The notes beneath the pieces were generated by a model. That model ran no database searches, was not told the origin of the DNA, and worked only from the letters and a program-made list of their open reading frames with translations. The position numbers were made by a program, and so were the translations under genes. 32,000 bases of DNA from the NCBI RefSeq assembly GCF_016127575.1, contig NZ_CP066018.1, forward strand, positions 2,190,001 through 2,222,000. Direction: 5' to 3'. Of the stretch, positions 11,190-20,126 are shown in pieces. Numbering within the stretch: the first letter of the stretch is position 1; each line of letters begins with the position of its first letter. This DNA is from Cupriavidus necator. GTDB taxonomy: Bacteria; Pseudomonadota; Gammaproteobacteria; Burkholderiales; Burkholderiaceae.

Positions 11190-12632
11190 ATGAGCAAGAA
11201 GGACACCCTTACCACTGCCGCCGGCGCACCCGTCGCCGACAACCAGAACGCGCAGACGGCCGGTCCGCGCGGCCCGATGCTGCTGCAGGATGTCTGGTTC
11301 CTCGAAAAGCTGGCCCACTTCGACCGCGAGGTCATCCCCGAGCGGCGCGTGCATGCCAAGGGCTCGGGCGCTTATGGCACGCTCAAGGTCACCCACGACA
11401 TCACCAGGTACACCAAGGCTTCGGTCTTTGCCCAGGTCGGCAAGGAGACGCCGCTGTTCATCCGCTTCTCGACCGTGGCCGGCGAGCGCGGCGCGGCCGA
11501 TGCCGAGCGCGACGTGCGCGGCTTCTCGATCAAGTTCTACACCGACGAAGGCAACTGGGACGTGGTCGGCAACAATACCCCGGTGTTCTTCGTGCGCGAC
11601 CCGCTCAAGTTCCCGGACTTTATCCACACGCAGAAGCGCAATCCGCGCACCAACCTGCGCGACCCGATCGCGGTGTGGGACTTCTGGTCGCGCCATCCGG
11701 AATCCCTGCACCAGGTCACCATCCTGATGAGCGACCGCGGTCTGCCGCAGAACTACCGCCAGATCCACGGCTTCGGCTCGCACACGTACTCGTTCATCAA
11801 CGCGAACAACGAGCGCTTCTGGGTCAAGTTCCACTTCAAGTCGCAGCAGGGCATCGCCAACTGGACCAATGAAGAAGCGGCCAAGGTCGTGGCAACGGAC
11901 CGCGAAAGCGCGCAGCGCGACCTGTTCGAGAACATCGAGACAGGCAATTTCCCGCGCTGGAACCTGCGCGTGCAGATCATGCCGGAGGCGGATGCGGCCA
12001 AGTACCACATCAATCCGTTCGACCTGACCAAGGTCTGGCCGCACAAGGACTACCCGCTGATCGACGTGGGCGTGCTCGAGCTCAACCGCAACCCGGACAA
12101 CTACTTTGCCGAGGTCGAGCAGGTGGCGATGAATCCGGCCAATATCGTGCCGGGCATCGGCTTCTCGCCCGACAAGATGCTGCAGGGGCGGCTGTTCTCG
12201 TACGGCGACACGCAGCGCTACCGCCTGGGGATCAACCACAACCAGATCCCGGTGAATGCGCCGAAATGCCCGTTCCACAACAGCTTCCACCGTGACGGCG
12301 CGATGCGCGTGGACGGCAACCAGGGAGGCAAGCTCAACTACGAGCCCAACCGCGAAGGCGCCTACGCCGCCAGCGAACGCGCGATCGAGCCGCCGCTGGC
12401 ACTGGATGGTGCCGCCGACCACTGGGACCACCGCGTCGACCCGGACTACTACAGCCAGCCCGGCGCGCTGTTCCGCCTGTTCGACGAAGGCCAGCGCCAG
12501 CGCCTGTTCGCCAATATCGCGGCGGCGATGCAGGGCGTGCCTGAGGCGATCGTGCGCGTGCAGCTGGAGCACTTCTCCAAGGCCGACCCGGCCTACGGCG
12601 AGGGCGTGAAGCGCGCGCTCAACCTGAAGTAA
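11190..12632 (+). CDS. Monofunctional haem catalase (small-subunit, clade-3 type)
   Basis: 480 aa. Hallmarks are [18 protein letters not shown] (distal His), [26 protein letters not shown] and [14 protein letters not shown] (proximal Tyr). A strong RBS AAGAGGAAAAG precedes the ATG. Confidence 0.97.
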   Translation: MSKKDTLTTAAGAPVADNQNAQTAGPRGPMLLQDVWFLEKLAHFDREVIPERRVHAKGSGAYGTLKVTHDITRYTKASVFAQVGKETPLFIRFSTVAGERGAADAERDVRGFSIKFYTDEGNWDVVGNNTPVFFVRDPLKFPDFIHTQKRNPRTNLRDPIAVWDFWSRHPESLHQVTILMSDRGLPQNYRQIHGFGSHTYSFINANNERFWVKFHFKSQQGIANWTNEEAAKVVATDRESAQRDLFENIETGNFPRWNLRVQIMPEADAAKYHINPFDLTKVWPHKDYPLIDVGVLELNRNPDNYFAEVEQVAMNPANIVPGIGFSPDKMLQGRLFSYGDTQRYRLGINHNQIPVNAPKCPFHNSFHRDGAMRVDGNQGGKLNYEPNREGAYAASERAIEPPLALDGAADHWDHRVDPDYYSQPGALFRLFDEGQRQRLFANIAAAMQGVPEAIVRVQLEHFSKADPAYGEGVKRALNLK

Positions 12633-12682
12633 GCGGCAGCCTGGCGCGGCGCCCCTGGCGGGATGCCGCGCCGCGGAGAACG

Positions 12683-12880
12683 ATGATGGCGATGATCCGG
12701 TTGTTTATCCAAGAGTGGCGACAGCTGTGGCATGACGGGCACGACCAGCCCGGGCGCGCCGATGCCGCGCGGCTGCGCCACAAGCTGTGGCGCAAGGAAA
12801 TCGGCGCCGCCGTGATCGTGCTCGGCGCGACCGTGATGTTCAGCGAGGTGGCCCGGGGTTTGGCCGGGATTGCCGGCTAG
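12683..12880 (+). CDS. Hypothetical 65-aa protein with one C-terminal hydrophobic helix
   Basis: ATGATG start with GGAGA 3-6 nt upstream and high GC3. The sequence is MMAMIRLFIQEWRQLWHDGHDQPGRADAARLRHKLWRKEIGAAVIVLGATVMFSEVARGLAGIAG. No terminator separates it from the catalase stop. I recognise no family. Confidence 0.35.
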   Translation: MMAMIRLFIQEWRQLWHDGHDQPGRADAARLRHKLWRKEIGAAVIVLGATVMFSEVARGLAGIAG

Positions 12881-12889
12881 TGCAATAAT
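12860..12889 (+). promoter_or_regulatory. Candidate sigma70-type promoter for dps
   Basis: TTGGCC (12860-12865), an 18-nt spacer, then TGcAATAAT (12881-12889, an extended -10-like element), about 85 nt upstream of the dps ATG. It overlaps the 3' end of the 65-codon ORF. Confidence 0.35.
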
Positions 12890-12973
12890 GCGGGTACTGC
12901 GCCGCCCGGCCCCAAAACATGGAAAGCGCCGGCGGCGCCCCTCGTGGCTTTACCAGAACGGAGCGTATTTACC

Positions 12974-13459
12974 ATGGCAAAGAAGAATGAGATGAGCGTG
13001 AATATCGGTATTTCCGACAAGGACCGCAAGAAGATCGCGGAAGGCCTGTCCAAGCTGCTGGCGGACACCTACACCCTCTACCTCAAGACCCATAACTTCC
13101 ACTGGAACGTGACGGGTCCCATGTTCAATACGCTGCATCTGATGTTCGAGACCCAGTACACCGAGCTGGCGCTCGCCGTGGACTCGATCGCCGAGCGTAT
13201 CCGCGCGCTGGGCTACCCGGCACCGGGCACCTACAAGGAATACGCCCGCCTGTCTTCGATCGCGGAGGAAGAGGGCGTGCCCGAGGCCACCGAAATGATC
13301 CGCAAGCTGGTCGAAGGCCAGGAAGCCGTGGTGCGCACCGCGCGTTCGCTGTTCCCGGTGATCGACGCCGCCGGCGACGAACCGTCGGCCGACCTGCTGA
13401 CCCAGCGCATGCAGACGCACGAAAAGACCGCGTGGATGCTGCGCGCGATGCTGGCCTGA
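12974..13459 (+). CDS. dps: DNA-binding ferritin-like protein Dps
   Basis: Start at the internal ATG 12974 ([51 protein letters not shown]...), giving 161 aa. The Dps ferroxidase-centre residues are in HNFHW and the LHLMFETQ...D..AERI context. Confidence 0.95.
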   Translation: MAKKNEMSVNIGISDKDRKKIAEGLSKLLADTYTLYLKTHNFHWNVTGPMFNTLHLMFETQYTELALAVDSIAERIRALGYPAPGTYKEYARLSSIAEEEGVPEATEMIRKLVEGQEAVVRTARSLFPVIDAAGDEPSADLLTQRMQTHEKTAWMLRAMLA

Positions 13460-13505
13460 GGCCAGCTTGCCACCTCCGGCTGCCCTTCAGTAGCGGCCGG
13501 CACTG

Positions 13506-13538
13506 CGCGTCGCAACCGTCCGGGCTGCGGCGCGTTTT
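13506..13538 (+). terminator. Intrinsic terminator downstream of dps
   Basis: A 9-bp stem CGCGTCGCA (13506-13514) / TGCGGCGCG (13526-13534) with one G-U pair and an 11-nt loop, followed by TTTTCATT (13535-13542). Confidence 0.6.
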
Positions 13539-13600
13539 CATTGAATCCTCCTTCCCGGATCCGCGCAGTGCAGACCCTCTCGCCGTTGCCCCCCACGCCC

Positions 13601-14458
13601 ATGCTTGAACGCCTTTCCCTCTACGCGCGCCTGGTGCGCATCGACAAGCCGATCGGCACGCTGCTGCTGCTGTGGCCGACGCTGTGGGCCATGTGGATGG
13701 CCGCGGGCGGGCCGCCGGCGTGGGGGCTGTTCTGGATCTTCGTGGCGGGCACCTTTCTGATGCGCTCGGCTGGCTGCGCCATCAACGACTGGGCGGACCG
13801 CGACTTCGACAAGCACGTCAAGCGCACCAGGGAACGGCCGCTGACCGCGGGCAAGATCGCAGCGTGGGAAGCGCTGGCCGTCGCCGCCGTGCTGGCGCTG
13901 GTGGCTTTTGCGCTGGTGTTGCCGCTCAATGCGCTGACCAAATGGCTGGCGGTGGTGGCGGCGGTGGTGGCCGGCACTTACCCGTTCTTCAAGCGCTTCT
14001 TTGCGATTCCGCAGGCTTATCTCGGCATCGCGTTTGGCTTTGGTATCCCGATGGCGTTTGCCGCGATCCAGGACCAGGTGCCGCCGGTGGCGTGGCTGAT
14101 GCTGCTGGCCAATGTGTTCTGGGCGGTGGCGTATGACACGGCTTATGCGATGGTCGATCGTGACGACGACCTCCTGATCGGCATGAAGACTTCGGCCATT
14201 ACCTTTGGCCGCTTCGACGTGGCGGCGATCATGCTCTGCTATGCCGCGTTCCTGGCGCTGATGGCGTGGGCGGGGGTGCTGCTGGGGCTGGGGTGGCCTT
14301 ACTGGGTGGGGCTGGCGGCGGCTGCGGGTTGCGCCGGGTATCATTACACGCTGATTCGTGACCGCGACCGGATGCGGTGTTTCGCGGCGTTCCGGCATAA
14401 CAACTGGCTGGGGGCCTGTGTGTTTGCGGGGACGGCGGTGGCTTATGCAATTCGCTGA
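13601..14458 (+). CDS. ubiA: 4-hydroxybenzoate octaprenyltransferase
   Basis: Start set at ATG 13601 ([30 protein letters not shown]...), giving 285 aa. The UbiA Asp-rich motifs are NDWADRDFD and YAMVDRDDD. The TTG at 13541 used by the ORF track directly abuts the dps terminator T-tract and is unlikely. Confidence 0.92.
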   Translation: MLERLSLYARLVRIDKPIGTLLLLWPTLWAMWMAAGGPPAWGLFWIFVAGTFLMRSAGCAINDWADRDFDKHVKRTRERPLTAGKIAAWEALAVAAVLALVAFALVLPLNALTKWLAVVAAVVAGTYPFFKRFFAIPQAYLGIAFGFGIPMAFAAIQDQVPPVAWLMLLANVFWAVAYDTAYAMVDRDDDLLIGMKTSAITFGRFDVAAIMLCYAAFLALMAWAGVLLGLGWPYWVGLAAAAGCAGYHYTLIRDRDRMRCFAAFRHNNWLGACVFAGTAVAYAIR

Positions 14459-14476
14459 TTAGATCCCGCTGGTTTT

Positions 14477-14506
14477 CTCCCCTCTCCCGCTTGCGGGAGA
14501 GGGGAG
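14477..14506. repeat. Perfect 14-bp inverted repeat (REP-like palindromic element) between convergent ubiA and proC
   Basis: CTCCCCTCTCCCGC-TT-GCGGGAGAGGGGAG. There is no U-tract after the hairpin on either strand, so it is not a classic intrinsic terminator. Only one copy occurs in this window. Confidence 0.6.
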
Positions 14507-14557
14507 CGTTCACATGGGGCGGCGGCCAGGTCAGAGCGCCCGCGGTTTGGCCGCGCC

Positions 14558-15394
14558 TCAATCCTTCCCGAACTCCGCCCCCATCTCCTTGCCCCGCGCC
14601 GCGGCAGCATGCATCGCGCGCACGAAGGCATCACCAATGCCCGAAGCCTCCATCGCCGTCAGCGCCGCATACGTCGTGCCGCCCTTGGACGTCACGCGCT
14701 CACGCAGCGTCGACACCGGCTCGGAAGACTGCCCGGCCAGGGTAGCAGCGCCACGGAAGGTCTCTACCGCCAGTTCGCGGCCTTGCTCCGCCGTCAGGCC
14801 CAGCTCGGTGGCGGCGCGTTCCATCGCTTCGATAAAGTAGAAGACATAGGCCGGCCCACTGCCGGAAATGGCGGTGACCGCATCGATCTGGTCATCCCCA
14901 TCCACCCATACGCACTTGCCGACGGCCTCGGCCACCGCGCTGGCGATCGCGCGGTCTTCGGCCGACAGCCCGGCCGGCGCGGCCAGCCCGGTCATGCCCA
15001 TGCCGGCCAGCGCCGGCGTGTTCGGCATCGCCCGCACCAGCCGGGCGCGCCCGTCCAGCCAGCGCTCCATGTCCTGCAGCCGGATGCCGGCGGCCACGCT
15101 GATCACCAGGTTGCCCTTGCCGCTGGCCGGCAGGATCGGCAGCAGCTGCGCCGCGGCGTCGCGGAACTGCTGCGGCTTGACCGCCAGCACCAGCACGTCG
15201 CAGGCGCCGAAGGCGGCATCCGGCGCGCCGGCGGCATGCACGCCGAGGTCGCGCGCCAGGCGTTGCTGGGCCTCGGGGAAGGGGTCGACCACGCGGATCG
15301 AGCCGGCCGGCACGCCGCGGGCGATCAGGCCGCCGATCAGTGCGGTGGCCATGTTGCCGCCGCCGAGAAAGCCAAAGGTAAGGGTATCGAGCAT
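14558..15394 (-). CDS. proC: Pyrroline-5-carboxylate reductase
   Basis: 278 aa with an N-terminal Rossmann motif FGFLGGGNMATALIGGL and the C-terminal P5CR signature TSKGGTTYAAL. Confidence 0.96.
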   Translation of the reverse strand: MLDTLTFGFLGGGNMATALIGGLIARGVPAGSIRVVDPFPEAQQRLARDLGVHAAGAPDAAFGACDVLVLAVKPQQFRDAAAQLLPILPASGKGNLVISVAAGIRLQDMERWLDGRARLVRAMPNTPALAGMGMTGLAAPAGLSAEDRAIASAVAEAVGKCVWVDGDDQIDAVTAISGSGPAYVFYFIEAMERAATELGLTAEQGRELAVETFRGAATLAGQSSEPVSTLRERVTSKGGTTYAALTAMEASGIGDAFVRAMHAAAARGKEMGAEFGKD

Positions 15395-15440
15395 GGAGAT
15401 CCGTTGGGGGGCTTGAAGGGAATGGACTGGGCGCGCCGGA

Positions 15441-16136
15441 CTACGGGTATTGGCGCGCTCCGAAAATGGCGGTGCCGATCCGCACCAGCGTGGCGCCCTC
15501 GGCGATGGCGGCTTCCATGTCGCCCGACATGCCCATCGACAGCGTGTCGAGGTCCAGGCCGTCGGTGCGCAGCGCCTGCAGCATGGCGCGCATGGCCGCG
15601 AACGGGCGGCGCTGCGCGGCGGGGTCGTGCTCGGGCTCGGGGATGGCCATCAGCCCGCGCAGGCGCAGGCCTGGCAGCGCGGCGACGGCATGTGCCAGGC
15701 CGGGCACCTCTGCCGGGGCGACGCCGCTCTTGCTGGCTTCGCCGCTGATATTGACCTGGATGCAGACCTGCAGCGCGGCCATGCCGGCCGGGCGCTGGGC
15801 CGACAGCCGCTCGGCGATCCTGAGCCGGTCGACGGCGTGCACCCAGTCGAAATGCTCCGCCACCAGGCGGGTCTTGTTGCTCTGCAGCGGGCCGATGAAA
15901 TGCCATTGCAGGCGGTGGCGCAGGTCGGCCAGCGCGGCGATCTTGTCGACGCCTTCCTGGACGTAGTTTTCGCCGAAAGCGACCTGTCCGGCGGCGTATG
16001 CGGCCCTTATGCGGTCGGGGGGAACGGTCTTGGAAACCGCCAGCAGGGCGATGTCCGCGGGCTGTCTGCCGGCTTGTTGTGCGGCCGCCGCGATGCGCTG
16101 GTGAACGGCTTGCAAGTTGGCGGCAATTACAGACAT
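15441..16136 (-). CDS. yggS: YggS-family pyridoxal-phosphate homeostasis protein
   Basis: Start at ATG 16136 (MSVIAANLQAVHQRI...), giving 231 aa. The PLP Lys is in LLAVSKT, followed by FGENYVQE and WHFIGPLQSNK. The yggS-proC pair next to pilT-pilU matches the arrangement I recall from Pseudomonas aeruginosa (recollection, not checked). Confidence 0.93.
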   Translation of the reverse strand: MSVIAANLQAVHQRIAAAAQQAGRQPADIALLAVSKTVPPDRIRAAYAAGQVAFGENYVQEGVDKIAALADLRHRLQWHFIGPLQSNKTRLVAEHFDWVHAVDRLRIAERLSAQRPAGMAALQVCIQVNISGEASKSGVAPAEVPGLAHAVAALPGLRLRGLMAIPEPEHDPAAQRRPFAAMRAMLQALRTDGLDLDTLSMGMSGDMEAAIAEGATLVRIGTAIFGARQYP

Positions 16137-16199
16137 AATCCGGCGAACATACAAAAGAAAGTACGCAAAGTACTGATAACTAGGGTGGGGTCATTATAG

Positions 16200-17243
16200 A
16201 TGGACATCGCGCAGCTATTGGCTTTCGCTGTCAAGAACAAGGCGTCTGATCTTCATCTCTCCGCGGACATGCCGCCGATGGTGCGGATCCACGGCGACAT
16301 GCGCCGGATCAACATCGCCTCGATGACGCACAAGGATGTCCACGCCATGGTGTACGACATCATGAGCGACACCCAGCGCAAGGCCTACGAAGAACGCCTC
16401 GAAATCGATTTCTCGTTCGAGATCGCCGGCCTGTCCCGCTTCCGGGTCAATGCCTATAACACCCAGCGCGGCGCCGCCGCGGTGTTCCGTACCATTCCCT
16501 CCAAGGTGCTCACGCTCGAAGAGCTGCGCGCGCCCGCGGTGTTTGCCGACCTGTGCATGAAGCCGCGCGGGCTGGTGCTGGTGACGGGCCCGACCGGCTC
16601 GGGCAAGTCCACCACGCTGGCGGCGATGGTCGACCATCGCAACGAAAGCGACATGGGCCACATCCTCACGGTGGAGGACCCGATCGAATTCGTGCACAGC
16701 TCCAAGAAGAGCCTGATCAACCAGCGCGAGCTGGGGCCGCACACGCATTCGTTTGCCAACGCGTTGCGCTCGGCACTGCGTGAAGACCCGGACGTGATCC
16801 TGGTGGGTGAGCTGCGCGACCTGGAAACCATCCGCCTGGCGCTGACCGCGGCCGAGACCGGCCACCTGGTCTTCGGCACGCTGCACACCAGCTCAGCGGC
16901 CAAGACCATCGACCGCGTGGTCGATGTGTTCCCGCCCGAAGAGAAGGACATGGTGCGCACCATGCTGTCGGAATCGCTGGAGGCGGTGATCTCGCAGACG
17001 CTGCTGAAGACGCGCGACGGCAATGGCCGCACCGCCGCGCACGAGATCATGATCGCCACGCCCGCGATCCGCCACCTGATCCGCGAGAACAAGATCGCGC
17101 AGATGTACTCGATGATGCAGACCAGCAGCGGGCTGGGCATGCAGACGCTGGACCAGTGCCTGTCTGACCTGATCAAGCGCAGCGTCATCAGCTACAACGA
17201 CGCGCGCGCCATCGCCAAGAACCCCGACGCGTTCATGGGCTGA
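16200..17243 (+). CDS. pilT: Type IV pilus retraction ATPase PilT
   Basis: 347 aa starting MDIAQLLAFAVKNKASDLHLSA. It has a Walker A motif GPTGSGKSTT, Asp/His boxes (ILVGELRD, TGHLVFGTLHT) and the PilT-type AIRHLIRENK motif. Confidence 0.97.
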   Translation: MDIAQLLAFAVKNKASDLHLSADMPPMVRIHGDMRRINIASMTHKDVHAMVYDIMSDTQRKAYEERLEIDFSFEIAGLSRFRVNAYNTQRGAAAVFRTIPSKVLTLEELRAPAVFADLCMKPRGLVLVTGPTGSGKSTTLAAMVDHRNESDMGHILTVEDPIEFVHSSKKSLINQRELGPHTHSFANALRSALREDPDVILVGELRDLETIRLALTAAETGHLVFGTLHTSSAAKTIDRVVDVFPPEEKDMVRTMLSESLEAVISQTLLKTRDGNGRTAAHEIMIATPAIRHLIRENKIAQMYSMMQTSSGLGMQTLDQCLSDLIKRSVISYNDARAIAKNPDAFMG

Positions 17244-17269
17244 GGCCCGCTCCCCAGCAGGACACCGAC

Positions 17270-18409
17270 ATGCTCGATCGCGAATCCGCCGCCAAGTACA
17301 TCAACGACCTGCTGGAGCTGATGGTCAGCAACCGCGGCTCGGACCTGTTCATTACCTCTGACTTCCCGCCGGCGATCAAGGTCGACGGCAAGATCAAGCC
17401 GGTGTCGCAGCAGCCGCTGAACCCGACCCAGGCGCTGGGCCTGGTGCGCTCGGTGATGAACGAGCGCCAGGTGCAGGACTTCGACACCAGCCGCGAATGC
17501 AATTTCGCGATCACCGCGCCCAAGGCCGGGCGCTTCCGCGTGTCGGCCTTTATCCAGCAGGGCAAGGCCGGCATGGTGGTGCGCACCATCAATACGCGCA
17601 TTCCCTCGGTGGCCGACCTGGACCTGCCGGCGACGCTGCATGAGGTGGTGATGGCCAAGCGCGGGCTGGTGATCGTGACCGGCGCCACCGGCTCGGGCAA
17701 GTCGACCACGCTGGCGGCAATGCTGGATCACCGCAACGCGCATTCGTACGGCCATATCATCACCATCGAGGATCCGATCGAGTACGTGCATGCGCACCAG
17801 AACTGCATCGTCACGCAGCGCGAGGTCGGCATCGATACCGAGTCCTGGCACGTGGCGCTGAAGAACACGCTGCGCCAGGCGCCCGACGTGATCCTGATCG
17901 GCGAAATCCGTGACCGCGAGACCATGGAGTACGCGATGCAGTACGCCGAGACCGGCCACCTGTGCCTGGCCACGCTGCACGCCAACAATGCCAACCAGGC
18001 GATCGACCGCGTGGTCAACTTCTTCCCCGAGGAAAAGCGCCAGCAGCTGCTGATCGACCTGTCGCTGAACCTGAAGGCGATGATCTCGCAGCGCCTGCTG
18101 CCGCGCGCCGGCAAAAAGGGGCGCGTGCCGGCGGTGGAGATCATGATCGGCACGCCGCTGGTGGCCGACCTGATCTTCAAGGGCGAGATCCACGAGCTCA
18201 AGGAAGTCATCAAGAAGTCGCGCGAGCAGGGCATGGTCTCGTTCGACCAGGCGCTGTTCGACCTGTACGAGGAAGGCAAGATCACCTACGAGGACGCGCT
18301 ACGCAATGCCGACTCGCTCAACGACCTGCGCCTGATGATCAAGCTGCACAGCGCGAGCGCCAAGGACACCGACCTGGGTGCCGGCACCGAGCATCTCAAT
18401 GTCATCTGA
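17270..18409 (+). CDS. pilU: Type IV pilus ATPase PilU (PilT paralogue)
   Basis: 379 aa with Walker A GATGSGKSTT, ILIGEIRD and TGHLCLATLHA. It lies directly downstream of pilT (26-nt gap) and has the longer C-terminus typical of PilU. Confidence 0.94.
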   Translation: MLDRESAAKYINDLLELMVSNRGSDLFITSDFPPAIKVDGKIKPVSQQPLNPTQALGLVRSVMNERQVQDFDTSRECNFAITAPKAGRFRVSAFIQQGKAGMVVRTINTRIPSVADLDLPATLHEVVMAKRGLVIVTGATGSGKSTTLAAMLDHRNAHSYGHIITIEDPIEYVHAHQNCIVTQREVGIDTESWHVALKNTLRQAPDVILIGEIRDRETMEYAMQYAETGHLCLATLHANNANQAIDRVVNFFPEEKRQQLLIDLSLNLKAMISQRLLPRAGKKGRVPAVEIMIGTPLVADLIFKGEIHELKEVIKKSREQGMVSFDQALFDLYEEGKITYEDALRNADSLNDLRLMIKLHSASAKDTDLGAGTEHLNVI

Positions 18410-18481
18410 TTCGTGCACGGTGATGCGCATGGCGTTATGCTTGGGCCACGCAAGGGCCAGTTCCGGCCCCAGGAGTCTGCC

Positions 18482-18976
18482 ATGAGCAATGTCTACCAGT
18501 TCGAAGCCAACTCGCTGGCCGGCCAGCCGGTACCGCTGTCGCAGTTCCAGGGCAAGGTGATGCTGGTCGTCAACACCGCCAGCGAATGCGGGTTCACGCC
18601 GCAGTACGAGGGCCTGCAGAAGCTCTACGACGAATACCACGAGCGCGGCCTGGAGGTGCTGGGCTTCCCGTGCAACCAGTTCGGCAAGCAGGAGCCGGGC
18701 GATGCGCAGCAGATCGGCCAGTTCTGCGAAACGCGCTTTGCGGTGCGCTTCCCGATGTTCGCCAAGATCGACGTGAACGGTGCCGACGCCCATCCGCTGT
18801 ACCAGTGGCTGACCACGGAAAAGCGTGGCGTGCTCGGTACCCAGGGCATCAAATGGAACTTCACCAAGTTCCTGCTGCGCCGCGACGGCACGGTGTTCAA
18901 GCGCTATGCGCCGACCACCAAGCCCGACGAGCTGCGCGCCGATATCGAGATGCTGCTGTCCGACCCGGCTGCCTGA
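18482..18976 (+). CDS. Glutathione peroxidase (Cys-type)
   Basis: Start at ATG 18482 with AGGAG 7 nt upstream, giving 164 aa. GPx motifs are VVNTASECGFT (the catalytic residue is Cys, codon TGC, not a TGA selenocysteine), LGFPCNQFG and WNFTKFL. Confidence 0.95.
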   Translation: MSNVYQFEANSLAGQPVPLSQFQGKVMLVVNTASECGFTPQYEGLQKLYDEYHERGLEVLGFPCNQFGKQEPGDAQQIGQFCETRFAVRFPMFAKIDVNGADAHPLYQWLTTEKRGVLGTQGIKWNFTKFLLRRDGTVFKRYAPTTKPDELRADIEMLLSDPAA

Positions 18977-18982
18977 GCGGGA

Positions 18983-19672
18983 CTAGGTGCCGCTGGCGCG
19001 CACCGCGCGCAGGAAACCGTTGAGCGAGCGGTCGGGCGTTTCGTGGAAATGGTCGTCCAGCATGCGGATGGCGCGGCAGCGGTCCAGCCGGAAGCTGCGA
19101 TAGTCCGAGCGCGTGGTGCACCACGTCGCCAGCAACCAGGCATTGCCCCAGAAGAACAGGCCCAGCGGCATCACCACGCGTTCGGTGATGCGCTGCTGCA
19201 CGTCGCAATAGTCGAGCAGCAGCAATTTCTGTTCGCCCAGCGCCCCGTGTACCACGTCGAAGGCCTCGCGCACATGCGCCTGGTTGACGTATTCCGGCGC
19301 GAACACGCGGCTTTGCTGCGCTGCCAGCCGGCGCGGCGGCGGCAGCGCGGCCATCAGTTTTTCCAGCGCGGGATCGGCCGCGGCGGCCAGCGCGCCGCCG
19401 CCCCAGGCTTTCAGGAGGCGCAGGCCGGCGACCAGTGCTTCGACTTCCATGGCGGTGAACATCAGCGGCGGGACATCGAAGTCGGCGCGCAGCCGGTAGC
19501 CGATGCCGGCCTCGCCCTCGACCGGCACGCCTGACAGCGACAGCGCCTGGATATCACGGTAGACGGTGCGTTCCGATACCCCGAGCCGCTGCGCCAGCAG
19601 CGCCGCCGTGGTCAGGCGGCGGCCGCGCAGCACCTGCACGATCTGGAACAGGCGGTCGGCGCGGCGGCTCAT
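18983..19672 (-). CDS. YafY-family transcriptional regulator (N-terminal HTH plus WYL domain)
   Basis: Start at ATG 19672 (MSRRADRLFQIVQVLRGRRLTTAALLAQRLGVSERTVYRDIQAL...), giving 229 aa. The WYL-domain core is LLLLDYCDVQQRITERVVMPLGLFFWGNAWLLATWCTTRSDYRSFRLDRCRAI. Confidence 0.88.
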   Translation of the reverse strand: MSRRADRLFQIVQVLRGRRLTTAALLAQRLGVSERTVYRDIQALSLSGVPVEGEAGIGYRLRADFDVPPLMFTAMEVEALVAGLRLLKAWGGGALAAAADPALEKLMAALPPPRRLAAQQSRVFAPEYVNQAHVREAFDVVHGALGEQKLLLLDYCDVQQRITERVVMPLGLFFWGNAWLLATWCTTRSDYRSFRLDRCRAIRMLDDHFHETPDRSLNGFLRAVRASGT

Positions 19673-19694
19673 CGGGGGCGGCTTGCCATCGGGG

Positions 19695-20066
19695 TCAGGC
19701 GGCCACGGGCTCGTGCAGCCCGATGCGGTTGCCTTCGCTGTCGGTGATATGGGCGATGCGGCCGATCTCGCCCGGCAGGCGCAGCGGCCCGAACACCGTC
19801 TTGCCGCCGGCGCGCGCGGCGCGCTCCAGCAGCACATCCAGTTCCGGCGCATGCAGGTACGGCACCGCGCCGTAGTAGTTGCTGGGACGATAGCCCTCGC
19901 CGGCGACCAGCGCGCCGCCCGGGTCGGGGTGGGGGAACACGGCCATGTCGACCTGGCTCATGGTCTCGCGGCGCAGCTGGATATTGAACACCTGCTCGTA
20001 GAAGCCGACCGCGCGGCTCATGTCGACGACGGGGATTTCCAGCCAGTTGATCAGACGGTTGCTCAT
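19695..20066 (-). CDS. VOC-family (glyoxalase/bleomycin-resistance fold) protein
   Basis: Start at ATG 20066 with AAGGAG upstream, giving 123 aa. The sequence NWLEIPVVDMSRAVGFYEQVF...HITDSEGNRIGLHE is the typical paired beta-alpha-beta-beta-beta VOC pattern. Its stop lies 22 nt upstream of the WYL regulator gene. Confidence 0.85.
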   Translation of the reverse strand: MSNRLINWLEIPVVDMSRAVGFYEQVFNIQLRRETMSQVDMAVFPHPDPGGALVAGEGYRPSNYYGAVPYLHAPELDVLLERAARAGGKTVFGPLRLPGEIGRIAHITDSEGNRIGLHEPVAA

Positions 20067-20126
20067 GACAGACTCCTTGGTTCCAGGTGAAGGGGAGTGG
20101 GGAGCTCGCATCATGCGCGGGGGCTG

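Noticed and set aside
13500-13571. A 10-bp perfect long-range inverted repeat GCACTGCGCG (13500-13509) / CGCGCAGTGC (13562-13571) spanning the dps terminator.
   Set aside because: The arms are 52 nt apart. The left arm overlaps the better-supported terminator stem (13506-13534), which is followed by TTTT. I treat it as a possible alternative structure only, without enough support for a separate claim.
18590-18600. A possible selenocysteine in the glutathione peroxidase active site.
   Set aside because: The catalytic position in VVNTASECGFT is encoded by TGC (Cys), not an in-frame TGA, and no SECIS-like requirement arises.
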